NCBI GenBank assembly: GCA_034520565.1
Contig: JAXHNL010000002.1
Coordinates: forward strand, 512,001 to 576,000
Reading direction: 5' to 3'
Length of the DNA: 64,000 nucleotides
DNA from: Halodesulfurarchaeum sp.
Lineage (GTDB): Archaea > Halobacteriota > Halobacteria > Halobacteriales > Halobacteriaceae
Shown here: one piece after another, positions 51,521-61,886 of the stretch
How positions within the stretch are numbered: the first letter of the stretch is position 1
How the letters are laid out: each line of letters begins with the position of its first letter
Notes under the pieces: generated by a model
Seen by the model: only the letters and a program-made list of their open reading frames with translations
The model's database searches: none
Told to the model about the DNA's origin: nothing
Program-made: the position numbers and the translations under genes

Positions 51521-51910
51521 CTATTTCCCCGAGATGAGTGCCCGGATGAGCGTGTCGTCCTTCTGGAGTGAGTGAATCTGATTCGCCGGGCCGATGACCG
51601 TGAGTTTGGCTTTCGAGGGTTCGGCGCCGATCAGTCTGGCGAGAAAGCCCCCGTCAGCGGCCGCCTTGCGCGGGAAGCTCTCGATCTCGATCCCCGAGAA
51701 GTCGTCCGGATTGATCTCGGTCATCGTGACCTCGATGAGTTTCGACTCCTCGTCGGGGGTCAGGCCCTCTTCGAGGATGACGATGTTCCCGGACCGAACG
51801 TCGTCCAGGATCATCCGGATCTTCTCCATCGAGGTCTTCTCGCGCATGCGCTGGCCCGAGATCAACTCGATTTCGACCCCGTCTGCCGTCTCGTGTTCTA
51901 TTCCTGCCAT
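51521..51910 (-). CDS. oapB: Origin-associated protein OapB (DUF2073)
   Basis: SMEKIRMILD...IVILEEGLTPDEESKLIE...LTVIGPAN. Confidence 0.88.
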   Translation of the reverse strand: MAGIEHETADGVEIELISGQRMREKTSMEKIRMILDDVRSGNIVILEEGLTPDEESKLIEVTMTEINPDDFSGIEIESFPRKAAADGGFLARLIGAEPSKAKLTVIGPANQIHSLQKDDTLIRALISGK

Positions 51911-51915
51911 TCCGG

Positions 51916-52560
51916 TCACCCGAAGTACGCGGCGATCTTGTCGTACACTTCGTCCATGTTGTCCCCCTCGAGGGCGGAGAGCGGCACCGTCTCGTGTTGG
52001 GGAAACGCGTTCTCGATGCGACTGATCTGGGCTTCGTCGAGGTCGATCTTGTTCGCGAAGATGAGGACCGGCAGGTCCCGGGACTCGATGATCCCGATGA
52101 GCATGGTGTTGACCTGCGTGAAAGGGTCCTCGGCGGAATCCAGCACGTAAATCACCCCGTCGACGTCCTCGCGGAGCCAGTGCATTGCCTCCGCGACCCC
52201 CTCTGTCGCCTCGCGAGAGCGACGGACGGCCTCGTCCTTCTCGATGTCGTGATCGAGGAATTCGGTGTAATCGACCTTCGTGGTCACCCCCGGTGTGTCG
52301 ACGATGTCGATCGTGACCGTCTGGCCGTTTCGTTCGATTTCCACGTTCTCCTTTCGTCGGGCACGACGCGTCTCGTGAGGGATCCGGGATTCAGGTCCGA
52401 TCGCGTCGCCGGTCCAGTCCCGGGCGATCCGGTTGGCGAGTGTCGTCTTTCCGGCGTTCGGTGGCCCGTAGATCCCGATTCGTTTCGGTTGCGCATCGCT
52501 CGAGAAGAGTGAATCCGTCACCCGAGAGATGCTGTTGCGTAAACTTCCGAGCAGTCCCAT
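51916..52560 (-). CDS. oapA: Origin-associated Era-like GTPase OapA
   Basis: GPPNAGKTT, PHETR, DTPG, ANKID, LSAL. Confidence 0.9.
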   Translation of the reverse strand: MGLLGSLRNSISRVTDSLFSSDAQPKRIGIYGPPNAGKTTLANRIARDWTGDAIGPESRIPHETRRARRKENVEIERNGQTVTIDIVDTPGVTTKVDYTEFLDHDIEKDEAVRRSREATEGVAEAMHWLREDVDGVIYVLDSAEDPFTQVNTMLIGIIESRDLPVLIFANKIDLDEAQISRIENAFPQHETVPLSALEGDNMDEVYDKIAAYFG

Positions 52561-52659
52561 TTATGGCTCCTCTTGTGCGTCCCGGGGCTTGAAGCCTCCG
52601 GACACGTGTCCTTCGTCACTGGATCACCTTAAGTCCGTTCGCGAGACCGGTGACCCGAT

Positions 52660-53585
52660 CGGTGTTCCAGTTGTCGTTTCGGTCGTCGACGGAGGGGTGG
52701 AAACCGAATCGATCCGCGTCTCTATCGGGTTCGCTCCAAAACCTGTTTTCCTCCAAAATTCGTTTTTTGACAGACCCCGAATTTACGACAGAACAAAAGT
52801 GCCGAATTCGAGTTTTTGAGTGGCTGTGAGTACAGACTCAGCCAAAACATAAAATTTTAACAATATTAGCGGCAACGTTGTCTCCCAACTGAACCGCCCC
52901 TACCCCTCCATTTCAACTGGAAACCACCAAACCTATCTCCATTTTTTCTTCACGGGATTTCAAACATCAATGTGCTATACTTATAAAAATTTAATAATAA
53001 CACAATCAGTTTTTGTAGTTGGTTTACGGATATTGTTTAAGGACACACTACATAAATATTTCTCTTTTAATAAGCGGGGTTTGGGTACACTGATGTTCCG
53101 TTCCAGTTGAAACAAAGGGGTGGGGGGCCGGCACATCCAACGACCAAACTACCTGTCGTCAAATCAACTACACCAAAAGATCATTCTACAAACAATAATA
53201 CCAAGTGATGCCGACTCACACCTTGAAACAGAATCGTACCTGGGCCGAACCCAACTATCCATCCGACTCACAGTTGGGTAGAACCGTCACGAACGGTCGT
53301 GGCGAATCGGTCCACCATCGAATCGGATCGATGTCGAGGAAGATCGAGATCGGTTCCTCGATTCGGCCGAACGAAACTGGCCGGTCTCGTTGAAACGGGT
53401 CTGTCTCGTTTGGACTGCCGGGGAAAGCACAATGAATCGGGTTCCACACGGATCGAACACGGCGGTTCGCCGACGAACGAGAACCGCCGTTCATTCGCTT
53501 TCGAACCGGATCAGTATCGACTGGATCGATACTTTTTTGTCTACCCCACTCCCCCAGTTTCGTCTGCATCAACTGGACAGGGCTG
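52660..53585. other. oriC: Replication origin oriC1: inverted ORBs with G-strings flanking an AT-rich DUE
   Basis: Reverse ORB 52894-52925 (rc GGTTTCCAGTTGAAATGGAGGGGTAGGGG), forward ORB 53100-53127 (GTTCCAGTTGAAACAAAGGGGTGGGGGG), AT-rich 52926-53099, weaker ORBs near 52663 and 53545-53580; lies between oapA and cdc6. Confidence 0.9.
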
Positions 53586-53685
53586 CTTGCGGGAACCTCC
53601 CCAAATCCCTCTCTGTGAGGGTTCTAAACGCTATATTCGGGGGGTTCCGTTCCCTGTCGCACTTGAACCAAAGGGCCGGTTTGAC

Positions 53686-55171
53686 ATGGTAGAGGACACA
53701 CCGAAACCCGGACACGCCGGGACTGAACGCGACTTCGACGTCGACCTCGAGGAGGTGCTCGAAGACGAATCCGAGGGCGAACAGGGACTGTTCGACGATC
53801 TCCTCTCGGGCGAGCCGATCTTCGAGAACAAGGAGGTCCTCCGCCCATCCTATACCCCCCACGAACTTCCACATCGGACCGACCAGATCAACAAGATGGC
53901 GACGATTCTCGTCGCCGCGCTCCGGGGAGAAACACCGTCGAACATCCTCATCTACGGGAAGACCGGGACCGGGAAGACCGCGAGTGCGAAGTACGTCAGC
54001 CAGGAACTCGAGAAGACCTCCGAGAAGTACGACGTCCCCTGCCGGGTCGAGTACATCAACTGCGAGGTGACCGACACGCAGTACCGCGTGCTCGCCCAGC
54101 TCGCGAACACCTTCATCGAGCGCAACCAGGACTACGTCGAAAACCGACTGGCGGACCTCCGGGACGTCGAACAGCTCGTCGAAGCGGGTTCGATGGCTAT
54201 CGAGGCAACCGAGTTCGAATCGATGGCCGATCTCGAGGGCCAAATCCGGACCCTTGAGGCGGACCGCGAGGAGATGGAGATGGTTCCGATGACCGGGTGG
54301 CCCACCGACCGCGTGTATACGACCTTCTTCGAAGCCGTCGATTACGTCGAGCGAGTCGGGGTCATCATGCTCGACGAAATCGACAAACTCGTCGAGAAAA
54401 GCGGCGACGACGTCCTCGTATAACCTCTCCCGGATGAACTCCTCGCTCGACAACTCCCGGGTCTCGATCATCGGTATCTCGAATGACCTCAAGTTCACCG
54501 ACTTCCTCGACCCCCGGGTCAAGTCGAGCCTCGGCGAGGAGGAGATCGTCTTCCCGCCCTACGACGCGAACCAGCTCCGGGATATCCTGACCCAGCGCGC
54601 GGACGTTGCGTTCAAGTCCGATGCCCTCTCCAAGGACGTCATCCCGCTCTGTGCCGCGTTCGCGGCCCAGGAGCACGGCGACGCGCGCCGCGCGCTCGAT
54701 CTACTCAGGACGGCCGGCGAACTCGGCGAACGCGAACAGGCGACCGAGGTTACCGAGGAACACGTTCGCAAAGCCCAGGACAAGATCGAACTCGACCGGG
54801 TCGTCGAAGTCGTTCGTACGTTGCCGACACAGTCGAAACTCGTCCTCTATGCGATCGTGCTCCACGAGAAACACGGCGTTCGAAACATCAACACGGGGGA
54901 GGTCTACAACATCTACAAGCGACTCTGCCGCGAGATCGACGCCGACGTCCTCACACAGCGCCGGGTGACCGACCTCATCAGCGAACTCGACATGCTCGGG
55001 ATCGTCAACGCGGTCGTGGTGAGCAAGGGTCGCTACGGGCGGACCAAAGAGATCAGCCTCTCGGTGCCGGTTCAGGAGACCGAAACCGTCCTGCAGGCGG
55101 ACTCGAGAATCGGGGACGTCGGTGACGTCTCACCGTTCCTCCAGGCCCGTTTCGACGGCGAACACGGCTGA
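53686..55171 (+). CDS. cdc6: Orc1/Cdc6 replication initiator with +1 frameshift at ~54418 (probable sequencing error)
   Basis: YGKTGTGKT, LDEIDKL, then GTC CTC [G] TAT AAC CTC TCC CGG ATG restores DDVLYNLSRMN; DPRVKSSL, GDARRALD, wHTH. Confidence 0.92.
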
Positions 55172-55303
55172 TATCCCTGTGAATTTTGGCTCCTGCCACG
55201 GCCATTCCACAGCGTCCAGCGATCCGATACCCCCCGCGACAGTTAGCCCTGTGGGTCCAAAAGCCGACGGAGTTATTAGCGTGACACCACCACCCTCTTA
55301 TTG

Positions 55304-55681
55304 ATGGTAGCTGGTCCGTTGGGGGGTGTCGAAGTGCCTGAATCCCAGGCCGTTTTCGACGCCCTCGAGGACGGCGACTGTCGTCGAATCATCGAGCACC
55401 TCGAGGAGCCCCGGACGGCAAAGGAACTCTCCGAGGACTGTGAGTTACCACTCTCGACGACCTATCGCAAACTCGATATCCTCACGGACGCCTCGCTGCT
55501 TTCCGAACGGACGGTGATTCAGTCAGATGGGCACCATACCACACAATACGAGATCGCCTTCGAAGACGTCACCATCGAACTCGACGAGGACCACCGGATC
55601 ACCGTCGGTATCCAGCGGACGTCCGAAGCGACGGACGAGCGCCTCGAAACGCTGTGGGCGGAGGTTCGACGCGAAACATGA
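55304..55681 (+). CDS. ArsR-like wHTH transcriptional regulator
   Basis: FDALEDGDCRRII...TAKELSEDCELPLSTTYRKLDIL. Confidence 0.85.
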   Translation: MVAGPLGGVEVPESQAVFDALEDGDCRRIIEHLEEPRTAKELSEDCELPLSTTYRKLDILTDASLLSERTVIQSDGHHTTQYEIAFEDVTIELDEDHRITVGIQRTSEATDERLETLWAEVRRET

Positions 55682-55953
55682 GTGAAATTACCGGCCTGAT
55701 CGTCGTTTTGAAAACGTTTACCGTGGTGCTTGGCGGACTCATCACGTATTTCGCCTACCGGGCATACCGGCGGACCGAAGCTCGACCGCTCCGGTGGCTT
55801 TCGATCGGTTTTGCCATTATTACGCTTGGCACCTTGTTCGGGGGCATGGTCGACCAGTTACTGGTTACCACCCGGGAGTGGGCCATCGTGATGGAGAGTT
55901 CGCTGGCCGTCGTCGGGTTCGGGATCATCCTCTACTCCCTGTACGCGGAGTGA
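55678..55953 (+). CDS. Small 3-TM membrane protein, partner of the wHTH gene
   Basis: ATGA overlap; LGGLITYFAYRAYRRT...ILYSLY. Confidence 0.75.
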   Translation: MSEITGLIVVLKTFTVVLGGLITYFAYRAYRRTEARPLRWLSIGFAIITLGTLFGGMVDQLLVTTREWAIVMESSLAVVGFGIILYSLYAE

Positions 55954-56103
55954 CCGGCCAACTCTCACCCGGGATAAGCGCGGTTCCACAGCGTGACACC
56001 GGTGACCGGTTCGACCGCGATTCACTGGTGAAAACCGGCTCCCCGCACCCGAACCGGCTGCTGGGACTGGAATCTCGGTTGCCGGATTGGATCCATGTGG
56101 CCA

Positions 56104-56946
56104 TCAGCCGATCGCAAGGCCACCGGTCCCGGTTAATGCCACGACCGGGAGGTCGAGGTCCGAGGCTGCCAGTCGGATCCAGCCGAGCCAGGGAATCCTG
56201 ACGACGGCCGTGCCCCGAACCCACTCGGGCTCGACGACCGAGCTGATCCCCCGTGTCTGGTCGTAGTAGTTGTTCGTGACCGTATTGTCGCCCTTCGTGA
56301 TGAACCCGTCCGTGGGCGCCGGACACGCGGCGAGTTCGTCACACGAGTCCGCCCTGAGCAGCTCGGAATCGGCCCTGTTATACCAGTTCTCACCGGTTTC
56401 GACGTAGAGGTGGGCTCGATGGATGATCGGCGTGGCGGACTGGGAGCCGTCGGGCTGGTAAACGATGACGTCCCCTGGGCCGCCGAACCGATCGTAATCC
56501 TGCTCGATCCCGGTTTCGGCGGTCACGACGCCCGTTTCTCCGGCGGCGAAGTCTGGCGAAAACCGACCCTCCTCCATCACGAGTACGAGGTCCCCCTTCT
56601 GGAGGTGGGGGTCCATGCTGTCGCTTTCGACGGCGACGAGTGGCGGCCACACCCCGCTTATGACGTACAGCAACATCCCGACCACGACGACGATGAGGAC
56701 GCTCACGAGGATTTCCCGGAGGAAGGATACCCACTCCGAGTCGCTCCGTCTGATCCAGCTAAGTGCGGCTCCCACCCCGTCCCGTGGATCCGGCTCGTCG
56801 TCGGCCGTGGCGAACGTCGGCGGCGGAGTCGGTCTCTCCGTGTCGGTTCGGTCTGCTCCCGTTTTCGTCTCACTTGCGGGTGAACTGTTCCCGACAGGGC
56901 GCCCCTCGTCCCGACTGGGCTCTTCGCCCGCCTCCTCGCGACCCAT
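56104..56946 (-). CDS. sec11: Signal peptidase I (S26 / Sec11)
   Basis: VESDSMDPHLQKGD, PIIHRA, ITKGDN, IPWLG; start uncertain. Confidence 0.88.
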   Translation of the reverse strand: MGREEAGEEPSRDEGRPVGNSSPASETKTGADRTDTERPTPPPTFATADDEPDPRDGVGAALSWIRRSDSEWVSFLREILVSVLIVVVVGMLLYVISGVWPPLVAVESDSMDPHLQKGDLVLVMEEGRFSPDFAAGETGVVTAETGIEQDYDRFGGPGDVIVYQPDGSQSATPIIHRAHLYVETGENWYNRADSELLRADSCDELAACPAPTDGFITKGDNTVTNNYYDQTRGISSVVEPEWVRGTAVVRIPWLGWIRLAASDLDLPVVALTGTGGLAIG

Positions 56947-57037
56947 GTCCCGGACTACTGCACTTTCCCCTTTGAACGTTCCCATGGCCGGCCCAACAGT
57001 CGCTATGCTTTTGGGATCGAAACGTCTCTCTCCGTCC

Positions 57038-58651
57038 GTGCCGCGATCGTCACCGGTCCGCATCGTCAAACGCCTGACGGCAGCCGGACTCAACGCTGAC
57101 CGCGAGGCGGTTACCCTTCTGGCCGCCGCCGCGGATCCGGACCGAGCCGTTTCGCGGCTCATCGACCGGATGGACGATCAGACGGTGACCGTGACCACGG
57201 CCGACGTCAGGCCGGTCCTCGATAACGCGCGCGTCAGAACTGACGAGTCGACCGTCTCTAACGGGACTACTGGCCCGGACAATACCACAGTTTCAGGTGG
57301 AGGGGAAAGTACCGAGAACCACGATACTGCAACCGTATCTACACCCGAAATGATGGGGGGAAACTCGGCGGAGACTTCCGGTCACTCTGACCAGGGTCCG
57401 TCCCGGGGAACATCGACAACCCGGAACACCGAGACGAGTCGAAATCCGGAGTCACCTGCTATCACCGGGGACGTGACGGGGGAGAGCACCGGGACCGGGG
57501 TTTACGAGGACTTCGTTTCCGTGTTCCGGGACCGGTACGAGCGTCTCTCCGCGATGCTTCGGGGGCGGGTAAACCACCGTCCCACGGACGCGCTCGAATC
57601 GATGGACGGCGGCGCCGACGCCGCCCTTATCGGGATGGTCACGGACGTTCGCTCGACTCGAAACGGGCATTGGCTGATCGACCTCGAAGACACGAACGGG
57701 ACCTTCCCGGCGCTGGTGATGAAAGACCGGGAGTTCGCCGGTCGCGTCGACGAACTCCTGCTCGACGAGGTGATCGCCGTCGAGGGAACTCTCGCGGACG
57801 ACTCGGGGATCATTTTCGCCGATCAACTGTACTTCCCCGATGTTCCCCGGACGTTCACGCCGTCGACTGCCGACCGCCACGTCCAGGCCGCCCTCGTGAG
57901 CGACCTGCACGTCGGCAGCCAGGAGTTCCTCGCGGAGGCCTGGTCCAGATTCACCGACTGGTTGCACGGGCCCGCGGGCGAGAACGTCGAATACCTCCTG
58001 ATTGCCGGGGACATGGTCGAAGGTGTCGGCGTCTATCCCGACCAGGACGAGGAACTCGACGTCGTCGACATTTTCGAGCAGTACGAGCAGTTCGCCGAAC
58101 AGCTGAAAGCCGTGCCCGGTGACATGGAGATCGTCATGATCCCGGGGAACCACGACGCCGTCAGACTGGCCGAACCCCAGCCCGCCTTCGAGCCCGAACT
58201 CCGGGAGATCATGACTGCCCACGACGCGACGATCACCGGGAACCCGTCGACGGTCGAACTCGAGGGGGTCTCTGTCCTGATGTACCACGGCGTCTCGCTC
58301 GACGAACTCGTCGCCGAACTCCCCCTCGAGTCGGTGAGTTACGAGCGGCCGGCCGGGGCGATGGCCCAACTCGTGAAAAAGCGTCACCTGGCGCCGAAGT
58401 TCGGTGGCAAGAACCGGATCGCCCCGGAGAAGCGGGACTATCTCGTCATCGAGGACCTCCCCGACGTCGTCCACTCCGGACACGTTCACAAACTGGGTGT
58501 CGACGGGTATCAGGGTGTCCGACTGATCAACTCGGGCTGTTTCCAGGGCCAGACCGCGTTCCAGCGCAGCGTCAACATCGAACCCGATACCGGGACGGTC
58601 CCCATTCTCTCCCTCGACACGCTCGACGTGACCGTCCGGAAGTTCACCTGA
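57038..58651 (+). CDS. polD1: DNA polymerase D small subunit DP1
   Basis: FRDRY, OB fold, SDLHVGS, AGDMVEG, PGNHD, YHG, RHLAP, HSGHVH, NSGCFQ. Confidence 0.93.
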   Translation: MPRSSPVRIVKRLTAAGLNADREAVTLLAAAADPDRAVSRLIDRMDDQTVTVTTADVRPVLDNARVRTDESTVSNGTTGPDNTTVSGGGESTENHDTATVSTPEMMGGNSAETSGHSDQGPSRGTSTTRNTETSRNPESPAITGDVTGESTGTGVYEDFVSVFRDRYERLSAMLRGRVNHRPTDALESMDGGADAALIGMVTDVRSTRNGHWLIDLEDTNGTFPALVMKDREFAGRVDELLLDEVIAVEGTLADDSGIIFADQLYFPDVPRTFTPSTADRHVQAALVSDLHVGSQEFLAEAWSRFTDWLHGPAGENVEYLLIAGDMVEGVGVYPDQDEELDVVDIFEQYEQFAEQLKAVPGDMEIVMIPGNHDAVRLAEPQPAFEPELREIMTAHDATITGNPSTVELEGVSVLMYHGVSLDELVAELPLESVSYERPAGAMAQLVKKRHLAPKFGGKNRIAPEKRDYLVIEDLPDVVHSGHVHKLGVDGYQGVRLINSGCFQGQTAFQRSVNIEPDTGTVPILSLDTLDVTVRKFT

Positions 58652-58803
58652 GCGGGCGTGCCGGGCGGGGTGTCAGGGCGCTCGCGAACCGCCGTCGAAT
58701 CAGTCGACCGAACGACACCGTCGCGGTCGAAGGACACAGTTATCATTGCCGACGCGCTACTCGGTGCTATGTACCTCTCTAGCACGGCACGGAGGCGTCT
58801 CGT

Positions 58804-59982
58804 ATGCGGGTAGTCACCAAGTTCGGGGGCACGAGTCTGGGCAGCGGCGAGCGCATCGACCGGGCGGCGGATTCCATCGCCGACGTCGCCGGGGCGGGCC
58901 ACGAGATCGCCGTCGTGGCAAGCGCCATGGGCAACACCACTGACGAACTCCTCGACGCGATCGCCTTCGAGGCGACCGACAAGGACGAGGCCGAAATCGT
59001 CTCGATGGGCGAACGGACGAGCGTTCGCCTGCTGAAGGCCGCGCTCACGGCCCGGGACATCGACTCGACGTTCGTCGAACCGGGCCACCCCGACTGGCCC
59101 ATCGTCACGAACGAGATGGGCGAAGTACTCCCCGAGGAGACGCGTCGCCGCGCCAAACTGCTGGCCGAGAAACTCGCGGACACGGTCCCGATATTGACGG
59201 GGTTTCTCGCCGAGGATATGGACGGCAACATGACGACGCTCGGGCGGGGCGGAAGCGACACGACTGCGGTCATGCTCGGGCAGTACATGGACGCAGATCA
59301 GGTCGTCATCGTCACCGACGTCGAGGGCGTGATGACTGGGGATCCGAACGTCGTCGAAGGGGCCCAGAACGTCGGGAAGATCACCGTCGACGAGTTGCGC
59401 AACCTCTCGTTTCGGGGTGCGGAGGTCGTGGCCCCGAGTGCCCTCAGTTACAAAAACGAGGATCTCACGGTGCGGGTGATTCACTATCAGCACCGAAATA
59501 TTCTCTCGGGCGGGACGACGATCGAGGGCAAGTTCGAACACATGGTCGACATGCGCGAGGACCCGCTTTCCTGTCTCACCGTGGCCGGCCGGGCGATTCG
59601 GAACACGCCCGGAATCCTGCACTCGCTCTCGGGTGCGCTTTTCGACGCCGGCATCAACATCGACGCGGTCGCTTCGGGAATGGACTCGATCACCGTCTAC
59701 GTCGACGGCGAGAAGGCCAAAACCGCCGAAACGGTCCTCCACGACAAGATCATCGAGAACAACACCCTCTCGAGTGTCACGGTCACGGACGACATCGCGG
59801 TCATCCGGGTCCTGGGGACCGAATTTCCCAATCAACCCGGTGTGGTCTCGGGTGTCGTCTCGCCACTCGCCGACGCCCACATCAATCTCATCGACGTTAT
59901 CACTTCAGCGACCTCGGTGGCAGCCTTCGTCCCGTGGGCGGACCGCGAGGAGGCCCTGGAAATCATCCACGAGGCGTTCTGA
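58804..59982 (+). CDS. lysC: Aspartate kinase with ACT domains
   Basis: KFGGTS, VASAMG, TLGRGGSDTTA, TDVEGVMTGDP. Confidence 0.95.
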   Translation: MRVVTKFGGTSLGSGERIDRAADSIADVAGAGHEIAVVASAMGNTTDELLDAIAFEATDKDEAEIVSMGERTSVRLLKAALTARDIDSTFVEPGHPDWPIVTNEMGEVLPEETRRRAKLLAEKLADTVPILTGFLAEDMDGNMTTLGRGGSDTTAVMLGQYMDADQVVIVTDVEGVMTGDPNVVEGAQNVGKITVDELRNLSFRGAEVVAPSALSYKNEDLTVRVIHYQHRNILSGGTTIEGKFEHMVDMREDPLSCLTVAGRAIRNTPGILHSLSGALFDAGINIDAVASGMDSITVYVDGEKAKTAETVLHDKIIENNTLSSVTVTDDIAVIRVLGTEFPNQPGVVSGVVSPLADAHINLIDVITSATSVAAFVPWADREEALEIIHEAF

Positions 59983-59988
59983 ACCCAG

Positions 59989-60747
59989 ATGACGGAGACT
60001 GACATGGAGTGGCGACTCCTTCCCGAGAGACAGTTCGACGCGTACACGAACATGGCTCTCGACGAGGCGATTCAGGAGCAGGTCGCCGACGGTTCCGACC
60101 CCGTCATTCGGTTCTACCGCTGGAAGCCGGCGGCTGTCAGTATCGGCTACTTCCAGCGACTCCGGGAGGAAGTCGACGTGGAGCGGTGTGCGGCCGACGG
60201 CATCGACTACGTCAGGCGTCGCACCGGTGGCGGGGCCGTCTATCACGATCCCGACGGCGAGTTGACTTACTCCGTCATCGCCCCCGAGTCGGTCTATCCC
60301 TCGGCCGTCGAGGAGAGTTACCGGGCGATCATCGACCGGGTGATCGACGGCTTCTCGCGGGTCGGTATCGAGGCCGCGTTCGCCCCGATCAACGACGTCG
60401 AGGTCGACGGGCGGAAGCTCTCGGGCAACGCCCAGACTCGTCGCGACGGGGTGCTCCTCCAGCACGGCACGCTCCTTTATGACCTGGATCCCGAGCGGAT
60501 GTTCACTGCCCTCTCCGTCGACGCCGAAAAACTCTCGGACAAACACGTCGAGCGGGCCAGCGACCGGGTCGCAACTGTCAGGTCGTTGAGCGAGGCGTCA
60601 ATGGCGGACCTGCGTGCGGCCATGATCGAGGCGTTCACGAAGGGTCGGACGTTCCGCGAGAGCGGGTATCGCGAGGCCGAACTCGAACGGGCCGCGGAAC
60701 TCGCTGAAACCCGGTATGCGACCGACGAGTGGAACTTCAAACGCTGA
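59989..60747 (+). CDS. Lipoate-protein ligase / octanoyltransferase family protein
   Basis: NMALDE, SIGYFQ, RRRTGGGAVYHD, NDVEVDGRKLSGNAQ, QHGTL. Confidence 0.9.
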   Translation: MTETDMEWRLLPERQFDAYTNMALDEAIQEQVADGSDPVIRFYRWKPAAVSIGYFQRLREEVDVERCAADGIDYVRRRTGGGAVYHDPDGELTYSVIAPESVYPSAVEESYRAIIDRVIDGFSRVGIEAAFAPINDVEVDGRKLSGNAQTRRDGVLLQHGTLLYDLDPERMFTALSVDAEKLSDKHVERASDRVATVRSLSEASMADLRAAMIEAFTKGRTFRESGYREAELERAAELAETRYATDEWNFKR

Positions 60748-60781
60748 AACTCGCCACGGCCGAATCTGCGTAGCGGTCTGC

Positions 60782-61693
60782 CTACTGCGATCCCAACTCG
60801 TCCGGCTCGGCCCCCTCCTCGAGAACGTTCTCGACGAACAGCTCGCCGGCCCGGTAAGAGGAGCGAACGGTCGGGCCCGAGGCCACGTACGTAAAGCCGA
60901 GCTCCTCGCCCACGTCCCGGTAGGACTCGAACTGCTCGGGCGGGACGTAATTCGTTACCTCGGGATGGGCGCGCGACGGTCGGAGATACTGGCCGACGGT
61001 GAGAAAGTCGACGGCTGCACCGCGGAGATCTTCCATGGCCTCCCGAATCTCCGACTCCGTTTCGCCGAAGCCGACCATCAGTGAACTTTTCGTAAAGATC
61101 GAGGGATCGAGTTTCTTGACGCCCTCGAGGACCGAGAGGGACTGGTAATAGCTGGCCCGGTGATCCCGCACGTCGGCCTGGAGGCGCCTGACCGTCTCGA
61201 CGTTGTGCCCGATCACGTCAGGCTCGGCCTGGGTGATCTGCCTGAGCGAGTCCGTCGAGCCAGCGAAATCCGGGATGAGCACCTCGATCCGTTTGTCGGG
61301 ATTCCGGTCGGCCACCGCTTCGATACAGTCGGCGAAGTGGGCGGCCCCACCGTCCGGGAGGTCGTCCCGATCGACGGAAGTGACGACCACGTACTCGAGG
61401 TCGAGGTCGTCGACGGCCGCGGCGAGCCGGGCCGGTTCGGTGGGGTCTGGGGTCCCGTCGGCCGGCACCCCCGTCGGGACGTCACAGAAATCACAGTTCC
61501 GCGTGCAGGTATCGCCCATGATCATGAACGTCGCGGTGCGCTCCTGAGCCCAGCACTCCTCGCGATTCGGGCAGGAGGCGGACTCGCAGACGGTGTGCAG
61601 TGACTGGTCCGCCACCGTCTCGTGAACGGCGTGGTGTCGACGGTCCACGCCGGAGAGTTCCTCGCGGATCCAGTCCGGCTTGGGACGGGCCAT
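60782..61693 (-). CDS. lipA: Lipoyl synthase
   Basis: CESASCPNREEC, CTRNCDFC, TSVDRDDL, HNVETV, VRSSY. Confidence 0.95.
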   Translation of the reverse strand: MARPKPDWIREELSGVDRRHHAVHETVADQSLHTVCESASCPNREECWAQERTATFMIMGDTCTRNCDFCDVPTGVPADGTPDPTEPARLAAAVDDLDLEYVVVTSVDRDDLPDGGAAHFADCIEAVADRNPDKRIEVLIPDFAGSTDSLRQITQAEPDVIGHNVETVRRLQADVRDHRASYYQSLSVLEGVKKLDPSIFTKSSLMVGFGETESEIREAMEDLRGAAVDFLTVGQYLRPSRAHPEVTNYVPPEQFESYRDVGEELGFTYVASGPTVRSSYRAGELFVENVLEEGAEPDELGSQ

Positions 61694-61886
61694 GGGCTCT
61701 CTAGCGGCCGGGGCAGTATAACGCGTGTGGAGTGTGCACGAGAAACCGGAACTGTCGTCTCGCGGATGCTGTGGTGTCCGTGACCGGCCGCTCGTGCACA
61801 GCTCTGGCGCTCCTCGTCGGCGGTCGCACACTGGCGCACATCTTTTTAAAGGAAGACGTATGTGGGCGCCGTCGCACCGCTCGTGC

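Noticed and set aside
58769-58813. uORF MYLSSTARRRLVCG overlapping the lysC start
   Set aside because: No enrichment of Lys/Thr/Met codons relevant to aspartate kinase; likely chance.
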